Shown piece by piece: positions 23,670 through 35,559 of a DNA stretch of 64,000 nt. Under the pieces are notes generated by a model. It saw only the letters and a program-made list of their open reading frames with translations, made no database searches and was not told the origin of the DNA. Made by a program: the position numbers and the translations under genes. Origin of the DNA: Dendrobates tinctorius (taxonomy: Eukaryota). The stretch is from contig NW_027361818.1 in assembly GCF_039654945.1 (NCBI RefSeq), forward strand, positions 9,052,001 through 9,116,000, read 5' to 3'. How positions within the stretch are numbered: the stretch's first letter is position 1; every line of letters starts with the position of its first letter.

Positions 23670-25765
23670 TGGGTCGCCCTCCCAGGGCTGTGGGGTACTC
23701 TGTACCGGGCCGGTGTCAGGGGGATGTGTCACAGCAGCGGTGACCCGGTCTGTGGCCCTGTGCGCCCAAGTAATGGCGGTTAATGTATGAATAGTTCGTG
23801 ACGCCACCTGTGGTGTTCGGCAAATGAGATGTTAGGGCCGACGCTGCATGCAGATCCTCTGGGGCTGGTGGTGTGTTGCAGCCTAGATGGTGTAGCTCCC
23901 CACAGGTGAAGCTGTAGCCCCAGGGCAGTGTAGATGTGCAATTAGAGGAGAGGCGCGAGTGGTGTGGATGCTGGTACCCAGATGTAGCGGTGCTGAAGGT
24001 GTTAGCGCACAAATGAATAGAGGACACCAGGGCTTGCAGTTCCAAAGCTTTACTCACTGTCCGTAGTACACACAGGTGGCCTGCCTCCGTGCCGTGTCCT
24101 GTTGTGAGTTCATTTTCTGGTCCACCAGTTTGAGTTCTCCTTCCAGGCTCCTTCTGGTGGTAACAGGAGGTAGTGAAGCTGATTTAATCAGTAGAGATCT
24201 GCCACCTGATAATGAGGATGACTATTGGACCTCAGGAATCTCAGACTGGATTTAAGACAGCCGATGCCCTATTCTGGTGCTGTTCCTTCTGGCTTTTCAG
24301 GTCTTGGTTTTCAGCTCTGTTCCAGTCATTTCAAGCTAAGTTTTTCTGTTAATGTTCACACTTGATTTTGTTGGTCTATTCCGTTTTTTTGTGTGGTCAG
24401 CCAGCCCCGGCTGGGGCTGTGCTGAATTTCCACTCTTATTTATCTCTATTGGCCAATTTGCTTTTTGTCCCTTATTAGATTGGCCTCTTTTTGCTCTGTC
24501 TCAGAATATTTCAGAGTGCTGATATAGTGGGAGAAGTCTAGTGACTTCAGGGTTAATTTTGCTATCAGAAGTGTTGGACATTATTTTTGTAGGGTTTTTG
24601 GCAGATTGCAGACAGTGTCTTTCCTTTCCTATCCTTTCTAGTTAATTTGGGCCCCATCGTTTGCTCAGCCTATTTTCCTGCCTCTGTGCTTTCATCTTGT
24701 TTCACCGTCAATACTTATGTGCGGGCTGTCTTTCCTTTGGGGTCTGCTCTGGGGCAGTTAGCTTTCCCCTTTTCTTGCTTTAGGCTTATTTAGTCCTCCA
24801 GCTGTGACGAAGCATCTAGGATCATCGTAGGTACGCTCCACGGCTGCTGCTAGTTGTGTGGTTAGGATCAGGAATCTGCATAGTTACCAACCTCTCTGGT
24901 TTTCTGTGACTTAGCTTATTTACTTTTTTTCTCCTCGGTGACCCATTCATACAAGTGTCCTCCGGGTCAGAGACTCAATCAACCTCCCAGGCAAATCAGG
25001 ACTCTCCTCTCCAATACTCCGCCAACATGTACCTTTCTGAACGACTCCTCTATAGCGCCTTAAAGTGTGAAGATCTCCTACTACTGAGTTACACTTGAGT
25101 TCCTCCTGTCAGATGTTCCCAAGAACCTTACTTGTACGACAGACAGCTGTAGCCTGCTTCGGGGACTCCCTTCTACTGAGTCCCGTCTTAGATGGGAGTA
25201 GCGCATTTACAGCCCACTACTCCACCGGTGTCAGCTGCAGAACCAAAAGTGTCCATACAACCTCGGGGACCGGGCCCCGGCCTTGCGCTGAGAACCTATA
25301 GGCAGGGTTCCTCTTCTAACCTACGTCCTCTCTACTCCTTCGTTCCGCACTTGTCTTTCTCTCTCTTATGAAAGCTTAGGGTTTCAGTTCTACGTCTTTC
25401 TCCTTCTTTCCTATGCCAGCTGGCTCAGATCACTGAGGGAGCTGCAGCACTCCTTCCAGGGATCCTCACGCCTGTCTGAATGACTTCCTTCCCGACTGAC
25501 CTCTCATCCTACACTTTCCCACTCTTATGTCTCTTAACTCCACCCACCTCCCAGCACGGCCAGTGTTCCAAGCAGGGAACCACCAAAGGTGCTCTGCTAC
25601 TCTCTAAGCACTGAGCCGCAATGTGGTTGTGCAGAACTACCCTGTAGTGTGGGGTGCGAGTGTTGGAGTGTGGAAAGGAGTTCCCGCCTTACCTGGATGG
25701 TGGGGCACTACACCTTAGGAGAAGGTGCAGTACCTCTGTGGTGACTGAGCCTCAGGGGCGCCACA
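23670..25765. mobile_element. Solo LTR inserted in the Tc1/mariner element
   Basis: TGGGTCGCCC...GGGCGCCACA termini; 4-bp TSD CTAG at 23666-23669 and 25766-25769; related to 61670-62614. Confidence 0.75.
24100..24954. mobile_element. Nested solo LTR (same family as 802-1601)
   Basis: Starts tgttgtgagttcattttc (reverse complement of the 1584-1601 end); flanked by direct repeat GTGTCC. Confidence 0.65.
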
Positions 25766-26532
25766 CTAGCACTGGCTTCCAGTATATCCATTGTATCAGA
25801 TGCTGCACATCTCATATCTTCACAGCATAGACAATTGCCTTCAGATGACCCCAAATATAAAAGTCTAAGGGGGTCAGATCAGGAGGCCTTGGTGGCCATT
25901 CAACTGGCCCACGACGACCAATCCACTTTCCAGGAAACTGTTCCTGTAAGAATGCTCAGACCCAACACCCATAATTGATAGTGTGGTATATGGGATACAA
26001 AGATAGTGGGGCCATTCTTCATCAATGGAAACCTCAACGCCACTGGATATCTGAAATTGCCACATGATGACGTGTTGCCCTTTTTATGTACTGAATATGG
26101 CACGTTCCCTGAGTTTTTCCAGCAAAATTGTGCGCCACCACATTATGTGTCAGGTCCGAGCATTCCTGGAAGGAATCTGACCCCCTTAGACTAGCATTTC
26201 TTCTGCAGTGTTGCCATCAGTGTGTCAAGAGTGGGAGAAGAGAGTTGTGTTGACAATCCAACACTTATAAAATGTGTTTCAAAGTGGTCATAAACGAATA
26301 AAGTTATGTTAAAACCAAGCACCATTATTTTTCTTTTGAAATTCTCAATAAGCTTGATGTGTCACATGACCCTCTTCCCACTGGAAAAAATAAAGAGTCG
26401 GATCCAAAATGTCCAACTTCAAAATGGCCACCACCCTTCTTGAAAAGTGTTCCCCCTCTCATATACGAATGTGCCACAACAGGAAGTTGATATCACCAAC
26501 CTTTCCTATTTTATTTAGGTGAATCCATATAA

Positions 26533-26815
26533 GTCACAAAACTCAAGATAAAAGGCGGACGGCACCGCTGTTACCGTGTGACTTCAAATGATGTGCGGCA
26601 TGCAGAAGCCCAGCAGCTGGGAATCTCAGGTGCCAGACCTGGAAACAGTCAATCCTGGGAATCCATGCAAAGAGAAGAGGTCGCACTCATCGAGATTGAA
26701 GTTTCACTGATTTATTGACATATCAAAAACATGTCAATTCGGGGGAGTGACATAAGGAGTGCAAAGTAGGCTGACAACGGCCGTTTCGTGCTGCTCGAGC
26801 GCTTCAACGGGTCCA
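26533..26815 (-). mobile_element. Short Penelope-like hammerhead-bearing insertion (283 bp)
   Basis: 11-bp TSD AATCCATATAA at 26522-26532 and 26816-26826 inside the transposon TIR; hammerhead-like gac-CCGTTGA...GAAA-CGGCCG-TT-gtc at 26773-26813; downstream AATAAA on the minus strand. Confidence 0.7.
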
Positions 26816-27327
26816 AATCCATATAACTGGCTCACCCTGTATTCTAGATCAGAAAGCTTGCCATTTGTTAATAAAGGCATCAACCACTGATGCAGTTATT
26901 TTATAGAAAAGTATTTTACACTTGTGTTAACTGTGAATCTTCCTTTAGTCCTGAACTACTTTGTTACCCTCCTCTGTATTCTCAGGATGTACAGTATGTT
27001 TTATTTGTCTTTATTTTGCTGAGGAACTTGGGTTCCCTTTTCCATGCTGCTAAGACAGAACTGATTTTGTAGGATAATCTAGGGTCCACCCCCCCCCACA
27101 ACCCTTTGTTGTGTAAACATCACTTTCTAGAGTTGTCAGTAGTACTTATCATGACATCATACTAGAATTAACATTCTGTCACCAGCTTTATGCAAACCAA
27201 CCAGTGGATCAGTGGCCATTTAATGACACCTACCTACAGAATATAGTGATTGCATCAAAATCTAGAAACTCTTGCCCAGTCCCCATCAAGTCACTAGAAG
27301 ACAAAACAAGGATTACTCAAATTGTGT

Positions 27328-30300
27328 TTATTGCTGCACAGATTCTTTGTGGGAAAACCTTGTCAGAAAACATTTCCCAGCCACAGTAAGAGCAACAGCA
27401 ACAACTACTGAAGCGACAGAGCCAATGGCCACCAACACCCACATCTGTAGAGGTTCACGGTCTGCAGTCATCCTGGAAGCTTGGAGGGTTCCTGCTCCAG
27501 TAACCTGGTTGGACTTGGATCCAGTCACTAGTATGGGACCCAGGGTGGCCATGCCATGTTTCTCTAGATGAGAACCTGTCAGAAAGATATAAACAAATAT
27601 TGAAAGTAATGCCAACAGCTTGAACCAATCAAGGCACCCTGAACATTATGGCTAAGAGTTGGTGGACTACAGGTCTAGCCTGCATAATAATTTGGGTCTT
27701 GTAGACTACACATCAAAAGTAACTTGGGCAGAAGGTGTTTTCTGCTTCAAAAACAGGTTTTCGTCTGTAGTCACAGACCCGAGAATGCTATAGCCAACTG
27801 CAAGAAATGTGCCTCACCAACATCCCTCTTCCCAAGTCCCCTTTGCCTTCCAGAGGATGATCCCCATTGTGTTCTCTGGCCGGCAACAGTAGCACAGTTC
27901 CTGGTGGTGCAGCACTGGCAGATCCCACTAGATCCTTCCACAGATGTCCAGCTGAAAAGATATTGGGAGGTTAGCTTGGAGATCTATGGAAGGGACAGGT
28001 TATGGACAGTTTTGTAGGCAAATTTAAAATTGGATTTGTTAGGGAATTGAAAGATGGAGAGTCATTAATAACCAACCATTGATTATCATGGTCAATGCCA
28101 GCCAGATGTATGGTGGTGGGTGTTACCTGCTAGATGCCTTATTGTAGGAGCAGGCCTTATTCATGGGATCAGGGGTCTGATTGATGTCAGCAGCTCTCAG
28201 GGTACATGTGATGTAGATCTAGGAGTAGAACAAAATACCAGAAGCTGGCAATTTCATTGTATCAACAGGATATTTTGGGGGTAAAAATAAGCTACATAAC
28301 ATTACTTTGAGTTCAGAGTAACGGTACTCTTTAGCAGCCTTCGCGCAAGTAGAATGTATGATCAGGATGAATTAAGTAGAAGTTCTCACCGTAGACATAG
28401 CACTGTCAGTGAATCTGAAGGCATCAACCATGAAGTGGAGCTTGTTGGCTTGAGGTCTTGGTGAAACAAAGACAGAGGAAGAATCTTCTTCCATACTATC
28501 CATCATGCATCTGTAGAACACATCAGTTGTAGCTAATGGGCTTCTTGGAGTCTTGCATAGTACTGATGTTTGTAACTCACCCATTGTTGGAGATTATATC
28601 ATAACTAGGTCTAGAGTCCACATCAGGAGTAATGGTGGCCACACAACGGTCAACAAACAGGAGCATCGGAACATGGTTCTGGATATCAAGTGAGGCTTCT
28701 ATGTACAATTTCTCACCAAGCTGAAAGACCAGTACTGAACTGGGGGCACCGAAGTCCACTGAAGAGAAAATAGTCATTAAACTGATCATAAGACTTGGTT
28801 CCATTACCCTAAATGTTGGAAGCTTACCAGTCATAAGCGTCAAGGAGAATGCCAGCCTTTCTTCTGAGGTCACAGTGGTGCTGAATGGAGTCCATGTTGG
28901 CTTGATGGCATTGCTGCTCACATTACCATGTCTAGACAAGATAGAGTTATAAGAATAAGGACTAGAAAAACAACAGCTGACACATCCAATCATTTATGGT
29001 ATGTAATGCACATTTAACCAGTAACTGTTTTGTTCAGGTCAAAGGACAAAGATGAGGCTATATGACCCCCAGATCCATAGTAAGATTGCTAACACATGCT
29101 ACAGTGAATGAGGTGCTACTACCCCAGTTCAAGACTAGTTTTGGGTTTTGACAGTGGTGTGTAGGTTGGTCTCACAGTAGAAGGTGTTTGAGGATGTTCA
29201 GAATATTAACCTCTCCATGTACATATCAAGTTTCCAAGATGAAGTTCAGATAATAGGGAAAAACTATTTTAGCATTGTCCGTGGTCAGCTTTAGTCATCA
29301 CCTCCCTACACTGCACTTCTTCGAAGTCAAAATCATTGGTGCCTGGAATTGCAGCAGTCGGGACTCCTTGCTGCCACAGGCGTCAAGAATCTAAATTACT
29401 TTAGGGGACTATACAACCAGAAAGCCAATATGACAGGGATCAAACAATGAATTATTCGTTAAATCACAATATGATGGTTAGGGCTCCATGGAATTTAGGA
29501 GGCATTAGCAGTATTTGAAATGTCAGTTTGAGGGATCTCATGGCCTAGTTCTTATGTGGACCCTTTCCAGTGAACATTGACTAATCTGAGCTCCACATGT
29601 GTATTCTGCATTTATATAGAGTCTTACCTTGGGTAGAAGCATTGGACAGGAACCACAGCAGAGTTGGACCTGATGATGGGCACATTCCTGGAAGAGGTTG
29701 GGGTGTAGCGTAGGTTGGAGTTGTAGATCAGCCAGTCTGGAGTCATCTTGAAGAGCATCAATTGGTTATTTTGGTTTACACTTTACTCAGATGTAACAGA
29801 AACTTGCCATTTAACGCATGAACATCAGCATCACAAGCTTCCCAGTAGGCCTGGAGAATGCTACTTCTGTGGAGTCATTTAAAGACCCCAAGGTCCCTTA
29901 TCTCAGCACTTTATGGAAGAGGTTAGGGAGGGAAATGGGACAAATTCAATCCAGGTCCCAAACATGGATGGAGTTGTCCCATGGTGGCTCAGTGGCTAGC
30001 ACTGCAGCCTTGCAGTGCTGTGGTCTTGGGTTCAAATCCCACTAAGGACAACATCTGCAAGGAGTTTGTATGTTCTCCCCATTTTGCATAGGTTTTCACC
30101 AGGTTCTCCAGTTTCCTCTCACATTTCAAAGACATATGGATAGGGATTCTAGATTGTGAGCCTCATTGGGGACAGTGCCAATAATGTCTAAAGCGCTATG
30201 GAATTAATGGCGCTATATAAATGAGTAAGATAAATATTAGTGGTGGGGCCACGTTAACAAGAGCAACAGCCTTGCTGGTTTCATTTCTGTTACTCGACAG

Positions 30301-31258
30301 GCAGCATTACCTATTCCCACATCTCCACCATCAGTAGTCAGAGCCTGGATTAAGTTCCAAAATGGTAAACTTGCATGCATTCTTAGTTTTAAAGAGGTTT
30401 TTAGGAAAAATTGATTATACTCCTGCTTTTCTCCAGTGGATGGTGACACCCAATTTATAACCACAAGCATAGGCCTTAACGATAATTAAGTGCAGCCAAT
30501 ATTATCCTTCTAGCTTGTATTTTAGGTTGCCCAGCTCCACACGCTCTATACAGCCATGACATTTTGGACATCATGTTCAATACAGTTAAAGTGTTACAAC
30601 TCCATGCCAGAAGATAAATTGGTATACAACCATGTTCACCATTGTGATGAACCAGTTTAACCATGGGGATCAAGGAACCAAGGGAAAAGAAAAAAAAAAA
30701 TCTAAGCTTCTCCCCATAACTACAACAGCCTTGGCAGAGGTAAAGCCAGTCATAGAAATCACATTGTGGTGTTAATATCTAGCAAGACAATGTGCAAAGC
30801 CAAAAGTTACTGGTAGAATTGTCATATTGAGCACTCACCTGTAAGAGGTTACCACATTCTTGAAGGCCATTGTCAAACACCACAAAACTATCTGTAGTCT
30901 GCTGTACCGGCGTACAGGAGCCCAGGGTCAGGTCTGAGGGCTTCACCAGCTTACCATTCCCATAGAAATCTCTATTCACCATCACCACCATGCTGTCCTC
31001 ACCACACTGCACACTGACAGAGGATGGAGCTTGAATGAGGTCTCGGAGATGTTGGTCTCTGCCATTATACCGGCTGTCCCATCTGGGAGAACCCACTCCA
31101 GATACAGAGTGTCCAAGTCCTCTAGAAGATCCCAGTCCAGGCTGATAATTCCTCCACCAAGCATCTGACTGACGCTGATGTCTGACCAAGGAGCTACCAA
31201 GGCCTTGTCCACCTAGGAGAACCACCAGTCGACAACTCCACAAGATCCACAGCTCCAT
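27328..31258 (-). CDS. zp3: Zona pellucida sperm-binding protein 3 (ZPC/gp41-like), copy A, 471 aa
   Basis: Eight GT-AG exons: 31258-30839, 29746-29628, 28931-28828, 28758-28581, 28510-28390, 28218-28127, 27951-27818, 27575-27328 (1416 nt, in frame). Signal peptide, [23 protein letters not shown]3-type Cys cluster CQCCTTRNC, furin-like GKR, C-terminal TM helix. Confidence 0.95.
29967..30231 (+). mobile_element. tRNA-derived V-SINE-like element in ZP3-A intron 1
   Basis: A box tggctcagtgg, B box ggttcaaatcc, central ggagtttgtatgttctcccc, L2-like tail; absent at the equivalent site in copy B (about 39520). Confidence 0.8.
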
Positions 31259-31299
31259 CCTGACTGCAGCACAAGACACACAAGCTGGAGGGAGCAGAG

Positions 31300-31374
31300 T
31301 TTTATACCCTCCTCCTCACGTCACCATTATTCCACCTTATTACCCTCAGCTGACCACCTTCTTCTCAACACCTG
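31300..31374 (-). promoter_or_regulatory. ZP3-A proximal promoter: TATA box plus two E-boxes
   Basis: TATAAAA at 31300-31306 (minus strand), CAGCTG at 31347-31352, CACCTG at 31369-31374. Confidence 0.65.
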
Positions 31375-32445
31375 GAGAGGACACAGTCATGAGGTGGAGT
31401 CACACTGGGATTTGTTCACATCTCTTTGGGTTTGGAGCAGGACTATATTGTCCATGTGTGGCTCTGAACATTGCATCTAATGATTTCCTCTGATGTTGGA
31501 TTGTGACCTGTCTTCTACCACCACTGTGACACCAAGTCACAAGTGATTTGGTAGATTTCTGCAGCTGCTCACAACTCACTTGCCATGGGCTTCAGTGTAA
31601 GTTGTGGTCTGTATGCGGCCTGTCTTCAATTTCTGGACTTTTTTTTCTTTGTGCTTTTTTTAAGGTTAGGATTACACGGCATCATGTGAAAAAAAAAGAC
31701 ATCGGTGAAGCTCGTCTGTGACCTGCTGGAGGGTGACCATCACAGGCTGTGGTTTTATTTTAATATCCAGCCAATTTGCCAACAAGTTGTGGTTGCACGC
31801 GACCTGCAGCGAACATTATGGCAACCGAGTCAGGTGTGAATTGTGACCAGTGACAGAAAATCAAACACACTTGGAAACATTTTCTCCTCTTTGCCGCAGT
31901 TGCTCCACAACACCACGGGAAATGATTAGATGTAATGTCCCATCATACGTATCCCCGTTCTTACATGTTAGGATCACGTTAGAAATGTTTTTTTACCGTG
32001 ACTTTTCGTGGTGATCACTGCAGTGTTTGCAGATGAGGCAACTGAAAACTAAGACACAAGAGGCTGGAAATGATTGTGGATTTTTAACCACTACCTGACT
32101 GGTCAAAGAATTTTTAGGCTGCGGTCACACATTGAGCTCATGGTGCATTTTTTTTAAACTGTGACAAAGCAAAGTTTCTCTGCCGTGTTTACACCAGAAA
32201 AAAAAACAAAAAAAAAAACTCCACTTTGCTCAGGCATCTGAGGCCGCGCTTGCAGCAGCTCAGTCACCAGTGGTTCTCAGTTTGGACAGTCACATCTTGG
32301 CACCGTCCAGGTTAAAAACTATTTCTACCCCAGACATGGATTATGGCGTGGGACAGAATGACAGACAGGTGAGGGACATTGTTGTTTTCTATTTTAGTTT
32401 TATTACAGGAGATAAGGGCTTCAGTGACGAGTATAACTGTGTTTG

Positions 32446-32447
<2 letters not shown>

Positions 32448-32482
<35 letters not shown>

Positions 32483-32484
32483 CG

Positions 32485-32521
<37 letters not shown>
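32448..32521. repeat. Compound (TA)n/(GT)n microsatellite
   Basis: Seen directly. Confidence 0.95.
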
Positions 32522-32522
<1 letters not shown>

Positions 32523-32579
32523 CAAGCCCCACCCACTCTACACGCAAAGCCCCGTATAATAAATATCTAATATAATATA

Positions 32580-33120
32580 CAGCTCTGGAAAAAATTAAGA
32601 GACCACTGCCAAATGTTCAGTTTGATTTTTCTCTTTATAGGTATATTTTTGAGTAAAATGTAAATTGTTCTTTTAGTCTATAAACTTCTGACAACATGTC
32701 ACCGAATTTCCAAGCACTAAATTTTGTTTTGTTTTCTTTTCTGAAAAGGAGAAATGGTCAAAATTTAAAATAAAAAACAACAGTGCTTTCAGACCTGAAA
32801 TAATGCAAAGAAAACAAGTTCATAATCATTTAGAAACAACAATGCTAATATTTTAACTCAGGAAGAGTTCAGAAATCAATATTTTGTGGAATAAACATGA
32901 TTTTTAAAAATAGCTTTCATGCGTCTTGGCTACTTTCCACCAGTCTGTCACACTGCTCCTGGTGCAAAAATGTAAGCAGTTCTTCTTTGTTTGATGGCTT
33001 GTGACTCTCCATCTTCCTCTTGATTACATTTCAGAGGTTTTCAATGGGGTTCAGGTCTGGAGAATGGGCTGCCCATGACAGGGTTTTGATGTGGTGGTCT
33101 CTTAATTTTTGCCAGAGCTG
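32580..33120. mobile_element. Tc1-derived non-autonomous element (MITE)
   Basis: TIRs cagctctggaaaaaattaagagaccac / gtggtctcttaattttttgccagagctg with TA TSD. Confidence 0.9.
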
Positions 33121-34696
33121 TACATATATTTCATAAGCACATCTTCTTGACCACAACAGGTTGCACTGCCTGTGTTGCCCATAGCAACCAATTACTAAGC
33201 ATCGTTCATTTCACCAGAGCTGTTTAAAAGATGAAAGCTGAGCTGTGATTGGTTGCTATGAGCAACAGCTTTCCTTGTAGACAGTTGTGGTAACTGAGGT
33301 CTATTATTCTTATCATTTCTATGATGTTATCGTCCTTCTGTAAAGCTGGAAAAAACACAATTTATTACAGTGCCGATCCAGACCACCCTGTGACACAGAC
33401 TGCAGGGGGAGCCCAGAGTCAGGAAATTCTCTTTGTCTGGCCTGAAGCAGCTCATTACCTTAAAAATTCAAACACAGATTAAAAAAAGAAACACAAGACA
33501 GATTTCTCCAACCCAGGTATCATTTTAATTGGCGTAACAATGCGAACCTGACAATGCCTGGTTCGCTTTAAACTTATTTATACAGCTACAACTAATGCCA
33601 CTCTAAATTAGTCCATCTTTACAATTTCTAACTAAATGGTATTACCCTCAGGGGGCGGAGCCACCGCACTGAAATGCTCTGTGCTGTGGGAACAATGCGC
33701 CTTCACCGTGTACAGAGGGGAGGGAAACTGGAGATGACATACAGGTATATACTATATACAGGGGGAGATGACATTTAGGTATATACTATACTAGATCTAC
33801 TCGCATCGGGAGGGCACAGTGCTCTGCACGCGGGATTTCCGTTTCAAACAGAGATATACTCACCTTCCGACGGCCCCCGATCTCCTCTCCACGCTCCCGG
33901 CATCTTACTGTGCCGTTGCTTCCCTGGCGCCGGTACGTGTGGCACTGATGTGGCATACGGTTGCCACAAGTATTACACACACGGACACTGATATCTCCGG
34001 TACCGGAAATATCAGGACATGTGAAACAGGCCTAAAACAAAGGGAAAAATGCAATAATCAGAGCAGATTTTTATTGGGTATTTTGGTGTGATCACTTGTG
34101 GAAAAAAGCACAGCATTTACTCATGTGGGAAAACTGCCTTTGTGTAGGTTATGCCTACTGGTCGCAACGCAAAGCCACACGGCGAGGTTTTCATTGTGCC
34201 GTGTGCCAGAGAATAATACGGGGAAGCTGATGATTTGCCACAGTTTAGATGGGAGTGCAGGACAAGCATATTTATTATTCTTTGTGCTTCATCTGGATTT
34301 GCTGCGAAACCGCGCCAAGTCTGAAGTAGTGTTATCACATGGCACAATACCACCCTGAAAAAGTCACATGAGAACCCAGCCGAACAATCAGATTGTAACC
34401 AAATCGATGAAATTCTGCAGATTGAAGCAGTGTGAGGAGACTTTGTGGCCATTATTATTACGCTGGAGTCCCAGAGGAAGGTTTTGGAATCCAAGTCAGG
34501 AGAGGAAGTAAAACAAACAGATGAAGCAAAAAATGGGAGGTGTGCTTGAAGTGAAAAATGGAGATTGTTGTAATCGGTTAGTGCTTGGGTGATTAATGCA
34601 AATCAATTGTACATCACTTTATCAGAAGACGATCATCACAGGAGTATATAAGAGGGGAGCGGAATGGTACCTATGCTGCCCTAAAAACATCCTTAA

Positions 34697-35545
34697 CCCC
34701 TTACTGACATCGGACGGCTTAGTACGTCCGATATCCGTATCCCCGCTTTGATGTGGGCTCCGGCGGTGAACCAACCTCAAAGCCGGGACATGTCAGCTGT
34801 TTTGAACAGTTTACATGTGCCCACAATAGCCGCGGGCGAAATTGCCATCCGCACGTGGCTATTAACTAGTTAAATGCCGCTGTAAAACTGACAGCGGCAT
34901 TTAATAAGCGCTTCCGGCAATACGCTCACTGGTGACCCACATCACGTGAACGCAGGTCACCGGTGTGTCGGCCTGACAACTAGAAGTCTCCTTGAGACCT
35001 CTATGGTTGTTGATGCCGGATTGTTATGAGCGCCACCCGGTGGTTGGCACTCATAGCAAGTCTGTTATTCTGCTACATAGAGGCGATCTGAGCATTGCCT
35101 CCATGTATTAGAACTGATCGCGCTAAAAGTAAGCCGTCACCCGACCCGAGATCACTAAAAATGGAGACGCTACCGATATTGGAAAATGGTGCTTTTTTTT
35201 CCAAAGTTTGGAACTTTTTTTTTTTCACCACCGAGTTAAAAACGTCATGTTTGGTGTCCATGAACCTGTAATGACCTGGAGAATCATAATGGCAGGTCAG
35301 TTTTAGCATTTAGTGAACCTAGCAAAAAAAAAAAAAAAAGCCAAACAAAACACAAGTGTGGAATTGCACTTTTTTGTAATTTCACCACATTAGGAGTTTT
35401 CCCATTTTCTAGCACACAATGTGGTAAAACCAATGGTGTCCTTCAAAAAAATAAGCCCTCACATGGCTAGATTGATGGAAAAATAAGAGTTATGACTCTG
35501 GGAAGAAGGGGAGCGAAAGACAAGACTGCTCTGGTAATGAAGGGG
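34697..35545. mobile_element. TTAA-targeting non-autonomous DNA transposon (piggyBac/Kolobok-like)
   Basis: TTAA|CCCCTT...AAGGGG|TTAA termini. Confidence 0.7.
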
Positions 35546-35559
35546 TTAATATACTATCC

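Larger units (their letters stand above)
23284..26839. mobile_element. Tc1/mariner-superfamily non-autonomous element with long (about 390 bp) inverted arms
   Basis: TA|CAGG...CCTG|TA ends; 23284-23669 mirrors 26190-26839; transposase C-terminal pieces WPPRPPDLTPLDFYIWG (minus, about 25840-25910) and GPFF...FQQNCAPPH...DLTPLD (plus, 26006-26194). Confidence 0.8.

Noticed and set aside
29983-30045. tRNA-like A/B boxes
   Set aside because: Head of a SINE, with no full cloverleaf; not a tRNA gene.
30779-30838. C-terminal extensions of the ZP3 exon-1 ORFs (also 40022-40168)
   Set aside because: Intron read-through past a canonical CAG|GTGAGT donor.
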